A DNA stretch of 64,000 bases, taken from Kiritimatiellia bacterium (GTDB lineage Bacteria; Verrucomicrobiota; Kiritimatiellia; RFP12; UBA1067). Made by a program: the position numbers and the translations under genes. The DNA is taken from NCBI GenBank assembly GCA_050949565.1, contig JBMNFY010000017.1, positions 1,504,001-1,568,000 of the forward strand, written 5' to 3'. The notes under the pieces are model-generated. The model was given only the letters and a program-made list of their open reading frames with translations. It was not told the DNA's origin and ran no database searches. Positions 11,709 through 21,707 of the stretch are shown here, one piece after another (within the stretch, counting starts at the first letter, position 1; each line of letters begins with the position of its first letter).

Positions 11709-13360
11709 GAGGCTCTTGCAAAACCCCCACACCGCAACGCCTGACGGCCTGCGGGCGGGACGTCTTGTCAGCGAACCATCCCACCGCCCGGCGCGGCCGG
11801 GCATGACGCTCCGCCCCACGCCGCGTCGCCTTCTGCACGGCACCATACCGCGCCCAAAACGAACAGGGGTATTGTCGCACATTCCGGGGTGTTTGTCTAC
11901 CCCCCCCCGATTTTTGTTGTATCTTGTTGCCGCGCAATATGTTACAATGCCTCCATCATCCGTAAGGACGGAAAAACAAACGCGGAAAGGAGACAAAAAC
12001 GCATGAAGGAAACGCGACATCAACCCCCTCTGGGCCAGTTGTGGAACAGCATCCAGTCATGGCTCTTCCCGATGCTGGAGGACGAGATCGGGGAACTCGA
12101 CGAGAAGCACCGCCAGTTCGTCGCGGTCTGCGAGCTGTGCGCCCCGCAGGATCACATGGGCGCCTACCGCTGGTGCGGCAACGGCTGCCCGCCGTGCGAC
12201 CGGCTGGCGATGTGCAAGGCGTTCATAGGCAAGACCGTCTGGAACTTCGACACCACGAGCGGCCTGATCGACGCCATCCGCCACCGTCCGGCCCTGCGCC
12301 GGCTGTGCGGCTGGGAGACGCTCGGCGAAGTGCCCTCGGCGTCGACCTTCTCGCGCGCCTTCGCCGAATTCGCCAAAAACGGGTGCCCGCAGGAAATCCA
12401 CGAGGCGATGGTCAAGGCCCGCTATGGCGACAAGCTCGCCGGGCACGTCAGCCGCGACGCCACCGCGATCCGCGCCCGCGAGAAGGCCGCGGCCAAGCCG
12501 GAGACGGCCCCCGCCCCCGAGCGCGGCAAACGCGGCCGGCGCAGGAAGGGCGAGCCCCCGGCGCCGCCGCCGGATCCGACACGGCTGCAACTGCAGCTCA
12601 ACCGCGGCTTGAAGGAAAACCTGGCCGACCTGCCCGCGTCCTGCGACTGGGGCTGCAAGAAGAACAGCAAGGGCAAGACAGAATGCTGGCGCGGCTACAA
12701 GGCCCATCTGGACGTGATCGACGGCGATATCCCGGTCAGCTTCATACTCACTTCCGCCAGCCTGCACGACAGCCAGGCCGCCATCCCGCTGGCGCAGATG
12801 ACCGCCGGACGGATCGTCAACCTCTATGATCTGGCCGACGCCGCCTACGACGCCAAGGAGATCCGCGAGATGTCGGCGCGGCTGGGGCACGTGGCGCTCA
12901 TCGACCACAACCCGCGCCGGGGCGAGAAGATCGAGTTCTCCCCGGCGGAAGCCCGGCGCTACCACGAACGCACGGCCGTCGAGCGCGTCAACAGCCATCT
13001 GCACGAAGAGCACGGCGGACGGAACGTCCGGGTGCGCGGCCCGGCGAAGGTGGCGGCGCATCTGGCCTTCGGGCTGCTGGTCATCGCCGCCGAGCAGATG
13101 CTCAGAATGCTTCCCTGACCGGCCCCGCGGCAGACTGCCCTCCCTGAAAACCCGCCCGCGACCGGGCGGAGGCGCCGGGGTCTGCCCGGAAACATCCGAA
13201 AAACGGGAAAAACGCCCTGTCGCGTCCGTTTTTCAGCAACCGCTGCGCCTCTTCGTCAGAAAATCCTGCAAAATCCCTTGCGTGCAGGCGTGGCACGGGC
13301 ATCCTGCCCGTGTTTCATGGGCGGGACGCCCATGTCACGAGGGGGTTTTGCAAGAGCCTC
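11709..13360 (+). mobile_element. Complete insertion sequence, 1652 bp, 20-bp perfect TIRs
   Basis: GAGGCTCTTGCAAAACCCCC at 11709-11728 and reverse complement at 13341-13360; one transposase; no TSD visible. Confidence 0.9.
12003..13118 (+). CDS. DDE transposase (DUF772 + DDE_Tnp_1 type; IS5/IS1182-like or ISNCY)
   Basis: LRRLCGW..VPSASTFSR, SRDATAI, GYKAHL, LADAAYD, YHERTAVERVNS; AAGGAG before ATG 12003. Confidence 0.9.
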   Translation: MKETRHQPPLGQLWNSIQSWLFPMLEDEIGELDEKHRQFVAVCELCAPQDHMGAYRWCGNGCPPCDRLAMCKAFIGKTVWNFDTTSGLIDAIRHRPALRRLCGWETLGEVPSASTFSRAFAEFAKNGCPQEIHEAMVKARYGDKLAGHVSRDATAIRAREKAAAKPETAPAPERGKRGRRRKGEPPAPPPDPTRLQLQLNRGLKENLADLPASCDWGCKKNSKGKTECWRGYKAHLDVIDGDIPVSFILTSASLHDSQAAIPLAQMTAGRIVNLYDLADAAYDAKEIREMSARLGHVALIDHNPRRGEKIEFSPAEARRYHERTAVERVNSHLHEEHGGRNVRVRGPAKVAAHLAFGLLVIAAEQMLRMLP

Positions 13361-14276
13361 GCAGCGTAGTACTACCAGTGGGTCGAGGTCCCGCACCGAG
13401 ACCCGGGTGGGCGGCGGCCAGGAACGGGTGACCACCTATACATACAAGAAAGAATGGCGCTCCAAGCCGGTGGATTCAGGTGCGTTCCGTGACCCCGAAT
13501 ACCAGAACCGCAACACCGTCTGGTTGACGTTTGAGGCGCAGACGTCATACGCGAAGAACGTTTCATTTGGCGCTTACACGTTGCCCCAGTTCTTTGTGGA
13601 GGCCATCGGTCAGGCCGAGAGCGCGAATGTCAGTCCCGCGCCTGAGCAGATTCAGACCTGGACAAAGAGCATGATCGAGCATCCGCGTTTTCCTCGCTCT
13701 CAAAATGTGACGAATGCGCCGCCTCCGGTCGTCCACGCCAGCGGAAACACCGTGTACTTCGGGCGTTCGCCCAGTGCGCCAGAAATCGGCGACGCCCGCG
13801 TGTCGTTTACTTGGGTGCCGCCGCATGAGGTTTCCATCATCGGCAAGGTTTCCGGCAAGACCTTTGTGAAGTTCGTGGCGAAAAACGGCAAGTCCGTCTC
13901 ACGTCTGGACGATGGGATCCGGAGCGCGGAGGAGATGTTCGCCAGCGCGGCCAAGGAGAATGCCACGCTGACGTGGATCCTGCGGCTTGTCGGTGTGCTG
14001 TGCGTATGTTTCGGCCTGAAGTCGATCTTCGGCATCTTGGAGGCGCTCGCCAAGGTCGTCCCGCTCCTGGGCGACATCGTCGGCGCGGGCGTCGGCTTGG
14101 TCTGCACCCTCGTCGGACTGGCCTGGTCGTTCCTGTGGATCTCAATCGCCTGGCTCGCCTACCGTCCGCTGATCGGCATCCCGTTGTTGGTCGCTTCTGT
14201 CGGGTGTATTGTCTGGCTCAAGAAAAAGGCGCGAAAAGATGGCGGCGTGACCGCCGCCGGTCAAGCAGACGCTTGA
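13361..14276 (+). pseudogene. 5'-truncated TMEM43 (DUF1625) family membrane protein
   Basis: YYQWVE (shifted frame) then TTYTYKKEW, FGAYTLP, PEIGDARVSF, TWILRLVG and C-terminal TMs; no start or 5' part on either side of the IS. Confidence 0.7.
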
Positions 14277-14361
14277 CCCTCCCATTCTGCAACCGGGCTT
14301 GCGGAGCACTGGGAGGGACGAGCGTCTGCTCGTCCGCGGGCAAGCGACGCTTGCCCCTCCC
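14241..14361. repeat. REP-like family C hairpin cluster
   Basis: GGCGGCGTGACCGCCGCC-GGKCAAGCAGACGCTTGMCCCTCCC; also at 15888-15930 and 49634-49675. Confidence 0.8.
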
Positions 14362-14455
14362 GCCGTTTCGCGCGCCTTCCTGCCGCCAACCACTCACATC
14401 CCATTTCTGTTCAAAAACGTTATCAAAATCAAATCAAAAAAAGGAGTATCTCACG

Positions 14456-15802
14456 ATGAAAACCTCTCGTTTTTTTGTTTCCGCCGCCGCATTCATTCTG
14501 TCTGCGTCGACGGTCGTTCACGCCGCGACCCTGCATGTCTCCGCCACAACCGGCGAGAGTGTGCGTAAAGCGGACGGCAGCAAAGAGAAGCCGTGGCGCG
14601 ACTTGCAGGCCGCGCTGGACAAGGCGCAACCAGGCGACACGATCCTTGTCGCCGCAGGTAACTACCTTGGCACCAGTGACCAAGGATTTCTGAAGATGAC
14701 CATCCCGGTCAATATCATGGGCGGCTACACGGACGACTTCGCAAGCCGCGACGTGCTCAAGAACCTCACCATGGTGCAGCCCACCACCGCGCAGAACGGC
14801 ACCTCGCGCTCGTTCGCCCTGCTGTCCATCGGCGACCCCAACAAACCCCGTTCGCTCAACGCCGGTGACGGCGGCATCACCATTGACGGGATTGTCTTCG
14901 ACCGTGGGTTCTCGAACGGCTACCATCCGACGAAGGGCAAGCCCAAAGATGTCGATACGGGGATGCTCATCAATCCGCCGGGGCAGGGCATCAACGGCGA
15001 CGCGAAGAACGTGGCGACGGTCGCCCAGCCGCTCATCTACTTCGGTAATGGGTTCGGCAACGTGACGATCCGCAACTGCACGTTCGCCAATGGCGGCAAC
15101 TACGCGATCCGCGGCTCATGGAGCCAAGGCAAGGTCGTCATTGAGAACAACGTGTTCATCAACAACACCTATGCCGCCATCGAGCTGTCCGGCGGCGGCA
15201 AGAGCGGCGAGTTCAGCTTGACCATCGACTGCGCTTACAACACGATCCTCTTTAACTGGGCGCGGACCAATGATCTGGGTGACATGGGGTACGGGTTCCG
15301 CTACATGAACAACGTCCACTCCGATGTCCACCACTGCATCATCGGTACTTCCACGCTCGGCGGCTTGGACCGGGCGCGTATCGAGAACTCAAAAGACCAT
15401 GAGAAGATGAAGAAGACCGGCGCTGAAAACAACGCCTTCTTCCTGAACACACAGGGTGACCTCGTGCTTCCGGGCGGCGCCAAGTGGCTGTTTGTCCGGG
15501 CCAAGAACTTCGAGGATCGCGAAGAACTCTACAAGTACGAGGGGAACGCGGAACTCCCGGCGGAAGCTTTCAAGGGCAAGATCAACGAAGCCTACCTGAA
15601 CGGCTTCGTCAGCGCGAACAACTCCGAATCGGTTCTGTTGGATCGCAATTCGCCCGTCAATCAGGTGCGCAGTGCGTTTGGGATGAACCTGCAGGCCGAG
15701 GGAACGACCCGCGTGGATATGTTCGCCAACCGCTATCCTCTCACCGATGCTCTGAAGCTCTTCGGCGCGGTGGAAGGCAAAGGCGCGCAGATGCCTAAGT
15801 GA
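14456..15802 (+). CDS. Secreted right-handed beta-helix protein (DUF1565/pectin lyase-like)
   Basis: AAGGAG then ATG 14456, signal peptide, DGSKEKPWRDLQAALDKAQPGDTILVAAGNY, repeated IRNCTF/IENNVF strands. Confidence 0.8.
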   Translation: MKTSRFFVSAAAFILSASTVVHAATLHVSATTGESVRKADGSKEKPWRDLQAALDKAQPGDTILVAAGNYLGTSDQGFLKMTIPVNIMGGYTDDFASRDVLKNLTMVQPTTAQNGTSRSFALLSIGDPNKPRSLNAGDGGITIDGIVFDRGFSNGYHPTKGKPKDVDTGMLINPPGQGINGDAKNVATVAQPLIYFGNGFGNVTIRNCTFANGGNYAIRGSWSQGKVVIENNVFINNTYAAIELSGGGKSGEFSLTIDCAYNTILFNWARTNDLGDMGYGFRYMNNVHSDVHHCIIGTSTLGGLDRARIENSKDHEKMKKTGAENNAFFLNTQGDLVLPGGAKWLFVRAKNFEDREELYKYEGNAELPAEAFKGKINEAYLNGFVSANNSESVLLDRNSPVNQVRSAFGMNLQAEGTTRVDMFANRYPLTDALKLFGAVEGKGAQMPK

Positions 15803-16091
15803 TCTTTTCCGTGCTGCGCACGGAGAAGACATTTAGGATTTGAGATTTAGGAGTTAGGAGTTTTCCGCTTGGGAGTTGAGCGTTCTTGGCGGCGTAACCG
15901 CCGCCGGGCAAGCAGACGCTTGCCCCTCCCGGCGCTCCGCAAGCCTGATGAATGGATCTGCGACGGCAAACGATATTCCGCGCGACGCCGCTTTTCCTCC
16001 GCGCACAGCGCGGAGGGTCTTCCCCGGCACAGCCGGTAGTGCGGGTGCTGCTCCGCACACGCACTACCTCTCACCCATTACCTCTTACTTA

Positions 16092-17003
16092 TTACTTCTC
16101 TTTAATCACCGAGGTGGCAGCTTTGAGGATGCCGGCCACATTCGCCAGATCAGAGGGGATGATCATGGTGTTGTTGGCCTTGGCGAGCTTGCCGAATTCG
16201 TTCAGGTATTGCTGAGCGAGTTGCATGTTCACCGCGTTCAGGCCGCCCTGCTCATTGATCGCTGCGGCCACTTGGCGAATACCGCTGGCCTGCGCTTCCG
16301 CCACCAGCAGGATCTCCTGCGCACGACCACCCGCCTCATTGATGCGCTTTGTTTTCTCGCCTTCTGAGATTGCGATCGCCTGCTGCTTCTCGCCTTCGGC
16401 GCGGTTGATCTTGGCCTGACGGTCACCTTCGGACTCGGCAATCAGGGCACGCTTTTCGCGTTCGGCGCGCATCTGCTTCTCCATTGCGTCGCGGATCGTC
16501 TGGGGCGGCGTGATGTTCTTGATCTCATAGCGCGTGACCTTGACGCCCCAAGGGCCGGACGCCTTGTCCACGGCCTCGACAATCGCGCCGTTGATATGCA
16601 TACGCTCCTCAAAGCTCCGGTCCAACTCTAACTTGCCCATCTCAGAGCGCATGGTGGTCTGTGCGAGTTGCGTGGTAGCGAACAGGTAGTTGCCGATACC
16701 GTAGGAGGCTTTGGCCGGGTCCATCACCTGAAGGTAGAGGACGCCGTCCACCTCGACGGTGATGTTGTCGCGCGTGATGCACTGCTGCGGCGGCACGTCG
16801 ATCGCCTGTTCCTTGAGCGTGTGTCGATACGAAACGCGGTCGAGGATCGGCACCAGCACGTGGAGGCCCGCCTCGAGCGTGCAGTGGTATTTCCCCAGCC
16901 GCTCCACGATGAATGCCTGCTTCTGCGGCACAATGCGCACGCACTTGTAAAGCGTGTAGACCACAGCGAACGCGATCAGATAAACGGTGTATTGAGCCTG
17001 CAT
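16092..17003 (-). CDS. SPFH/stomatin-like (band 7) protein
   Basis: VERLGKY, ITRDNITVEVDG, QTTMRSEMG, EKQMRAEREKRA. Confidence 0.93.
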   Translation of the reverse strand: MQAQYTVYLIAFAVVYTLYKCVRIVPQKQAFIVERLGKYHCTLEAGLHVLVPILDRVSYRHTLKEQAIDVPPQQCITRDNITVEVDGVLYLQVMDPAKASYGIGNYLFATTQLAQTTMRSEMGKLELDRSFEERMHINGAIVEAVDKASGPWGVKVTRYEIKNITPPQTIRDAMEKQMRAEREKRALIAESEGDRQAKINRAEGEKQQAIAISEGEKTKRINEAGGRAQEILLVAEAQASGIRQVAAAINEQGGLNAVNMQLAQQYLNEFGKLAKANNTMIIPSDLANVAGILKAATSVIKEK

Positions 17004-17075
17004 GATTCTTTCCTTCTCTTTTTCAGGATGCCAAGCCAGCCCGTTTCGTCAGGCGACTTAGCATCGTTGTGAACA

Positions 17076-17510
17076 TTAGACCGCTTCAACTCGAAGCGTC
17101 AGATTTTTTTTGCCGATCACTCGGACCGACGCGCCGACATCGAACTCGCCTTCGGCCTCGGCATCCCACGTCGTACCACCCAACTCGACCCGCCCCGGCC
17201 TATTCGGCGCGATGGGCTGCGTCACCAGCGCCAGCTTGCCGGTAAAACCGTCGTCGGGATCGTCCGAGACCTTGCGTGTTCCGCTGAAAACCGACTTGAG
17301 GCTTTTACGCAGCAGCACAAGGTAGAGCACCGACAGCGCGGAAAACAGAAGCCACTGCCAGCCCTGAGCGAGCGTCGGCATCAGCCACACAATCAAAGCC
17401 ACCGTCAGCGCGGCCAATCCGAAGAACAGCGACACCAAACCCGGCGTCATGATCTCTAAAAGGATCAACGCCACACCGGCATATAGCCAATACATAGCTG
17501 TCATTTGCAT
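17076..17510 (-). CDS. NfeD-like partner of the SPFH protein
   Basis: N-terminal TMs, GRVELGGTTWDA OB-fold motif, directly upstream of the SPFH gene. Confidence 0.88.
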   Translation of the reverse strand: MQMTAMYWLYAGVALILLEIMTPGLVSLFFGLAALTVALIVWLMPTLAQGWQWLLFSALSVLYLVLLRKSLKSVFSGTRKVSDDPDDGFTGKLALVTQPIAPNRPGRVELGGTTWDAEAEGEFDVGASVRVIGKKNLTLRVEAV

Positions 17511-17718
17511 CCGAGCCCCCCCTCTATGGGTTCACATCACCACGGGGCCAATTAAATCAGGTCACCCCGCCATTTGGCAAGGACGGATTACGGGATTTAG
17601 AATTTGGGAGTTGGGATTTAGGAGTTTTTGGAGCCGCCAGCACTACCGGCACTGCCGGTGCTGCGGGCGATGGCGGCGTAAACGCCGCCCGCAGAACTTG
17701 AGCGCCGCACGGAAAATG

Positions 17719-20700
17719 TCACCGCAAAAAGAGCAGCGAACCGGCACCGTAGACGCGACACCAGAAGGCACCGGATGCAATCTCGAACTTCACATCGCGC
17801 GTGCCCGATACATTTTCCACACTCCAGCGCTCGGCCAAATCGCCCAGGCCAACATCTGTCACGGAGGTGCCGCGCGCGATTTCCCAATTGCCCGTGGCCT
17901 CTGGGGCGGATAGCGTGATCGTGCCGCCGCCCGCAAGCGTGACGGTGCCGTTCGCTGTGATCAACGGTCCCTTGTTCGCCGCCGTCAGCGTGATTTCCGT
18001 GCCGTCGGGAATCTCCACGTCGCCGGGATAGGCGACCTGCGCCGCGCCGTCGATTGCCGTGGCGCGGAAGGTGGCGTTCACGCGCGTGACGCCTTCCGGC
18101 AGCGCGAGCGCACCACCCGCCATTTCGAAGTAACCCGTGAACCCGGTAGGATTCGCGCCGAGCGTGAGTTCCGCGTCTTCCGGCAGCTTCAGCGTGCCGT
18201 TGCCTGTGAGCGTGCCCGCGAACGTGTTTGTGCCTGCGAGCGCCAGCCGCCCGCTCACGAGGCTGAGTGTACCTTCACCGGAGAGTTGACCGACCTCCTC
18301 ATCGGAGCCATTTACCTCAAGCGTCGCACCCTGCGCCACCGTCACCGCGCCGCCCGGCGGCAGTACATGCACACCGCGCGCGTCCGCCCGCATCGTCGCG
18401 CGGATCTGCTGCACGCTTAGCGCCTGATCGAACACCTTCACCTCGTCGAGTGCGCCGCGGAAGAGCGCCCAAGTCGCCGTGGTTTTTGCGCCGAGATAGA
18501 AGCGGGCCGTGTCTCGTAGAGAGTCATTCATGAACGCACCATCCGACGAGAAGCCGTCCACGTACTGCCCGTCCACGAAGTTCCGTACGCCCGTTTCGGG
18601 ATGGTACGTTGTGGCGAAATGGTGCCAGCGCTGAGGCGCGTCGCAGTCGTGGAGGCCGGGGAGCGTGCTGCCGGAGTTGATATCGAACAGGCTGCCGTTC
18701 GGCTTGCGTATGCAGCATCGCATACTCCAAGTTCTGTCGTTCTGATCGTACCAGTAGCTGAGCATGTAGTTGATCGTTTTGTCCACGGGACAGCCCCAAC
18801 TGATGAAAGTGGGGTAGTGCACGTTATTGCCCTGTTTGGTGAACTCGTCCGCCTGATGGGTCTGTATCCAGAGCGACACCGTAAACGGCTGGCCGTTTGA
18901 CGGGATCGCCTCCGGGAAGCTTTCGCTGCACAGATAGGAGAGATTGTAAGCATCGAACTTGAGCGCCTTACCGCCGAGAGGCGAGTCGATGAGCGTGAGC
19001 GTGCCGTTGCCACATTCGACAAGGTCGTTCGTGCCGACGGAGTCCTTGCCGATGTTGGACGCATCCTCGAACGCATAGTGCAGCACGGGCGCGGGGGCCT
19101 CCGCGCTCGCGTCCGGCACCGCGCCGCGCGCGAGTGCCACCAGGTCTCTGCGCGCATAGAGACGCGCTACGTCCGCAGCGTCAAGCGCCTCGGTGTAGAT
19201 ACGCACATCGTCGATGAGCCCTTTGAATGGGCGGCCCGAAGAGTTGCTGAACTGCCGCCCGATGCACACCTTCTTTGAGAGCGGAATCGCAAGCGCCTGC
19301 GCGACGTCTGTCCACCACGTCTGCACGCCATCGCAATAGACGGTGAACAAGCTCCCTTTGCGCACGGCCACATAATGGTGCCACGCGCCCTGCGGATTGG
19401 GAGGCGAAGTGACATTGGCGAAGTCGAGCGTGTCGCCCCAGTGGGAGAGGCAGAGTGTACCGGCGGAAATGCCGTTGTAGCGGAAGACGATCTGCCGGAA
19501 AGCGTTGTTGTCGCCCAACGAAATGAACGTGCCCGGATCGCCGCAGTCCGCGTCGGGCTTCACCCATACGCTGATCGTGTAGTCCGCATCGCCTGTGAGG
19601 TACGGCGATTTCACCTCCGTCTCAAGCCTCTGCGCCGAAGTGCCGGGGAACCGTGCCACCCAGCCGCCGCGCTCGGCGTCGTATTCGCGCGAGACACCGT
19701 TCTGCGTGGTGAGGGTGTATCCGTTGCATGTGGCATCGACACCCAGGTTGTCATCTTCAAAGTCGTAGACGGCGAATGGTTGCGGCAACACCGCCATGTT
19801 CTGGAGAACGAGCGTGCCTTCGCGCACCTCGGTACCGCCCGTGTGCGTGAGCGCACCGCCGAGCGTGAGTACGTTCGGGCCGGTCTTTGCGAACACGCTC
19901 TCACCGCGCACGCCCGCATTGTAGGTGCCCGGGCCGGTCATCGCGAGTTCGCTGCCCGCATTCATCACGATGCCGCCGCGCACGGCATTACCGTCCACAC
20001 GGACGAGGGTCTGCGTACCGGCGAGTTGGATTTCGCCGTTGAGTTCGGTATACAACCGTGTGTTCGCGGGGATCGCCACCGGCTCACCTGCCGTGCCAAC
20101 GAGATCGCCGTCCGAAATGGGCTCTTTGCCGGCGAGGAGTTGCTCAATGCCCGTGGGGCCGAGCGCACGCGAATAGATGCGCACGTCATCGATATCGCCG
20201 CAGAAGAAACGTGACCATTCCGGCAGACGACCGATGAAAATCTGAACGGTCTCTGGCAGCGTCATTTCAAGGACAATACTCCGTTCGTCGAGTACCTTCA
20301 CGCCGTCCATCCACACGGTGAGGCGGCACCCTTCGCGCATCGCCATATAGTGATGCCACTGCGTGGGGTCCGAAGGGCCGGGGAGATTACTTTTGTCGCC
20401 TGCCTGGTTCCAGTGGCCGAGCAGGAGCGTGTTGCAGGTGTTATTCACGAAGCGGAACTGCACGATGCTATGATCGACGCACTGCGAACCGATCGCGACC
20501 ATCGTGGGATAGCCGTTCGCGACAGGTGTGTCGAAAGTCCGCGCCCACAGGCTGATCGTGTAGTCCGAGTCGCCCGTGAGTTCGGTGGTGTCCGTGACGG
20601 TGGCCACAAGCTCACCGCCGGAGTTCGCCGTGCCCGTGAAACGCGCCACATATCCGCCGCGTCCGGCGTCGTACACGCGCTCGACCGTACCGTTCGCCAC

Positions 20701-21606
20701 GAGATCGCGTCCATGTCCTGAAGAGTCGTGCGTGAGAGACTCCTCGAAGTCATACTTTGCGAACGGTACTGCGGCGGGCGTTTTTGAGTCGAGGCGCAAC
20801 CGTCCGGCGCGTGCGCCGTAGGCGATGTTCTCGGCGATGTTCGTCACATACAGGTTTTTCACCACGGCCGCCACGCGCCCTGTACCGGAAACAGCATCAG
20901 AGAGGATGTCTGAGCGCGTGGCACCGAGCCGAAGCTCGTTGCCCTCAAGTGGGATCGCCGTGCCCGTTTCGCTTTGGAGCGAGCCCAGAGCCACCTGCGA
21001 GGTATAGTTCGAGAGCGTAAGCGTGCCCGCGCCCGTCACACGCACATCGGTAAAGGCGAGCGCGTCATCCATCATCGGGATCACCTGGCCTTCTGCGATT
21101 TCAAGCGTGCGGCGCGGTTTGCCGGCGGGACAGAAAGACGAGATGCGCACGGTACCGTCTCCTTCCTTGCGCACACTGCCATAGTCATCGGGCCAGAACC
21201 GACAGTCGCTGCCGATCACGAGCGTACCGCCCCTGACGCACAGAGGGAAATAGCCAAGCGCCGCTGTGCTAGCAGTAAAACCGCTGCCGCCGTTAGACCA
21301 CCTCAGCCACCACAGATAACTCTCGGGCACCTCTTCTTCTGGCCCAGGCACGGCGGGCTCAACCACCATGCCACCCATATAAGCTGTTTCTCTAACAGTG
21401 ATGGTCTGCCGGTCGGCGAGTTGGAAAAAGGTCACATTGGTGTGCGCGGGCAACACGCCTCCTACCCAGTTTGTGTACTCGCCCGCAGCGTTCGTCGCGG
21501 CCCACTGTCCACCCATGGAGCCGTTCCAAAGGTTCGTAGTAACGTCCGCATTCACGCCCATCACCGCATACGTGAGCGCGAGAATCAATAGGGTCGTTCT
21601 TTTCAT
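17719..21606 (-). CDS. Secreted protein with three LamG-like domains and autotransporter-associated beta-strand repeats
   Basis: Signal peptide MKRTTLLIL; 3x YxFE..TISxW..WHH..GxxDxV(R/K)(I/V)(Y/F); KTGPNVLTLGGALTHTGGTEVREGTL; ends GAGSLLFLR. Confidence 0.85.
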   Translation of the reverse strand: MKRTTLLILALTYAVMGVNADVTTNLWNGSMGGQWAATNAAGEYTNWVGGVLPAHTNVTFFQLADRQTITVRETAYMGGMVVEPAVPGPEEEVPESYLWWLRWSNGGSGFTASTAALGYFPLCVRGGTLVIGSDCRFWPDDYGSVRKEGDGTVRISSFCPAGKPRRTLEIAEGQVIPMMDDALAFTDVRVTGAGTLTLSNYTSQVALGSLQSETGTAIPLEGNELRLGATRSDILSDAVSGTGRVAAVVKNLYVTNIAENIAYGARAGRLRLDSKTPAAVPFAKYDFEESLTHDSSGHGRDLVANGTVERVYDAGRGGYVARFTGTANSGGELVATVTDTTELTGDSDYTISLWARTFDTPVANGYPTMVAIGSQCVDHSIVQFRFVNNTCNTLLLGHWNQAGDKSNLPGPSDPTQWHHYMAMREGCRLTVWMDGVKVLDERSIVLEMTLPETVQIFIGRLPEWSRFFCGDIDDVRIYSRALGPTGIEQLLAGKEPISDGDLVGTAGEPVAIPANTRLYTELNGEIQLAGTQTLVRVDGNAVRGGIVMNAGSELAMTGPGTYNAGVRGESVFAKTGPNVLTLGGALTHTGGTEVREGTLVLQNMAVLPQPFAVYDFEDDNLGVDATCNGYTLTTQNGVSREYDAERGGWVARFPGTSAQRLETEVKSPYLTGDADYTISVWVKPDADCGDPGTFISLGDNNAFRQIVFRYNGISAGTLCLSHWGDTLDFANVTSPPNPQGAWHHYVAVRKGSLFTVYCDGVQTWWTDVAQALAIPLSKKVCIGRQFSNSSGRPFKGLIDDVRIYTEALDAADVARLYARRDLVALARGAVPDASAEAPAPVLHYAFEDASNIGKDSVGTNDLVECGNGTLTLIDSPLGGKALKFDAYNLSYLCSESFPEAIPSNGQPFTVSLWIQTHQADEFTKQGNNVHYPTFISWGCPVDKTINYMLSYWYDQNDRTWSMRCCIRKPNGSLFDINSGSTLPGLHDCDAPQRWHHFATTYHPETGVRNFVDGQYVDGFSSDGAFMNDSLRDTARFYLGAKTTATWALFRGALDEVKVFDQALSVQQIRATMRADARGVHVLPPGGAVTVAQGATLEVNGSDEEVGQLSGEGTLSLVSGRLALAGTNTFAGTLTGNGTLKLPEDAELTLGANPTGFTGYFEMAGGALALPEGVTRVNATFRATAIDGAAQVAYPGDVEIPDGTEITLTAANKGPLITANGTVTLAGGGTITLSAPEATGNWEIARGTSVTDVGLGDLAERWSVENVSGTRDVKFEIASGAFWCRVYGAGSLLFLR

Positions 21607-21707
21607 GACACCATTCTCCTGACCAAACACCGTTCCTGACATACAACACCCGCGTGTCTTACAGCGCTTTTAATGTAGCAAAAAAACAGGCCGCAAGAAA
21701 CAAGGAA

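Noticed and set aside
11729-12002. Long non-coding IS left end as a guide or bridge RNA
   Set aside because: The transposase is a DDE type with TIRs, with no IS110, TnpB or IscB features
13973-14455. N-terminal extension of the 609-aa ORF
   Set aside because: Overlaps TMEM43 and repeats; SD and signal peptide point to 14456
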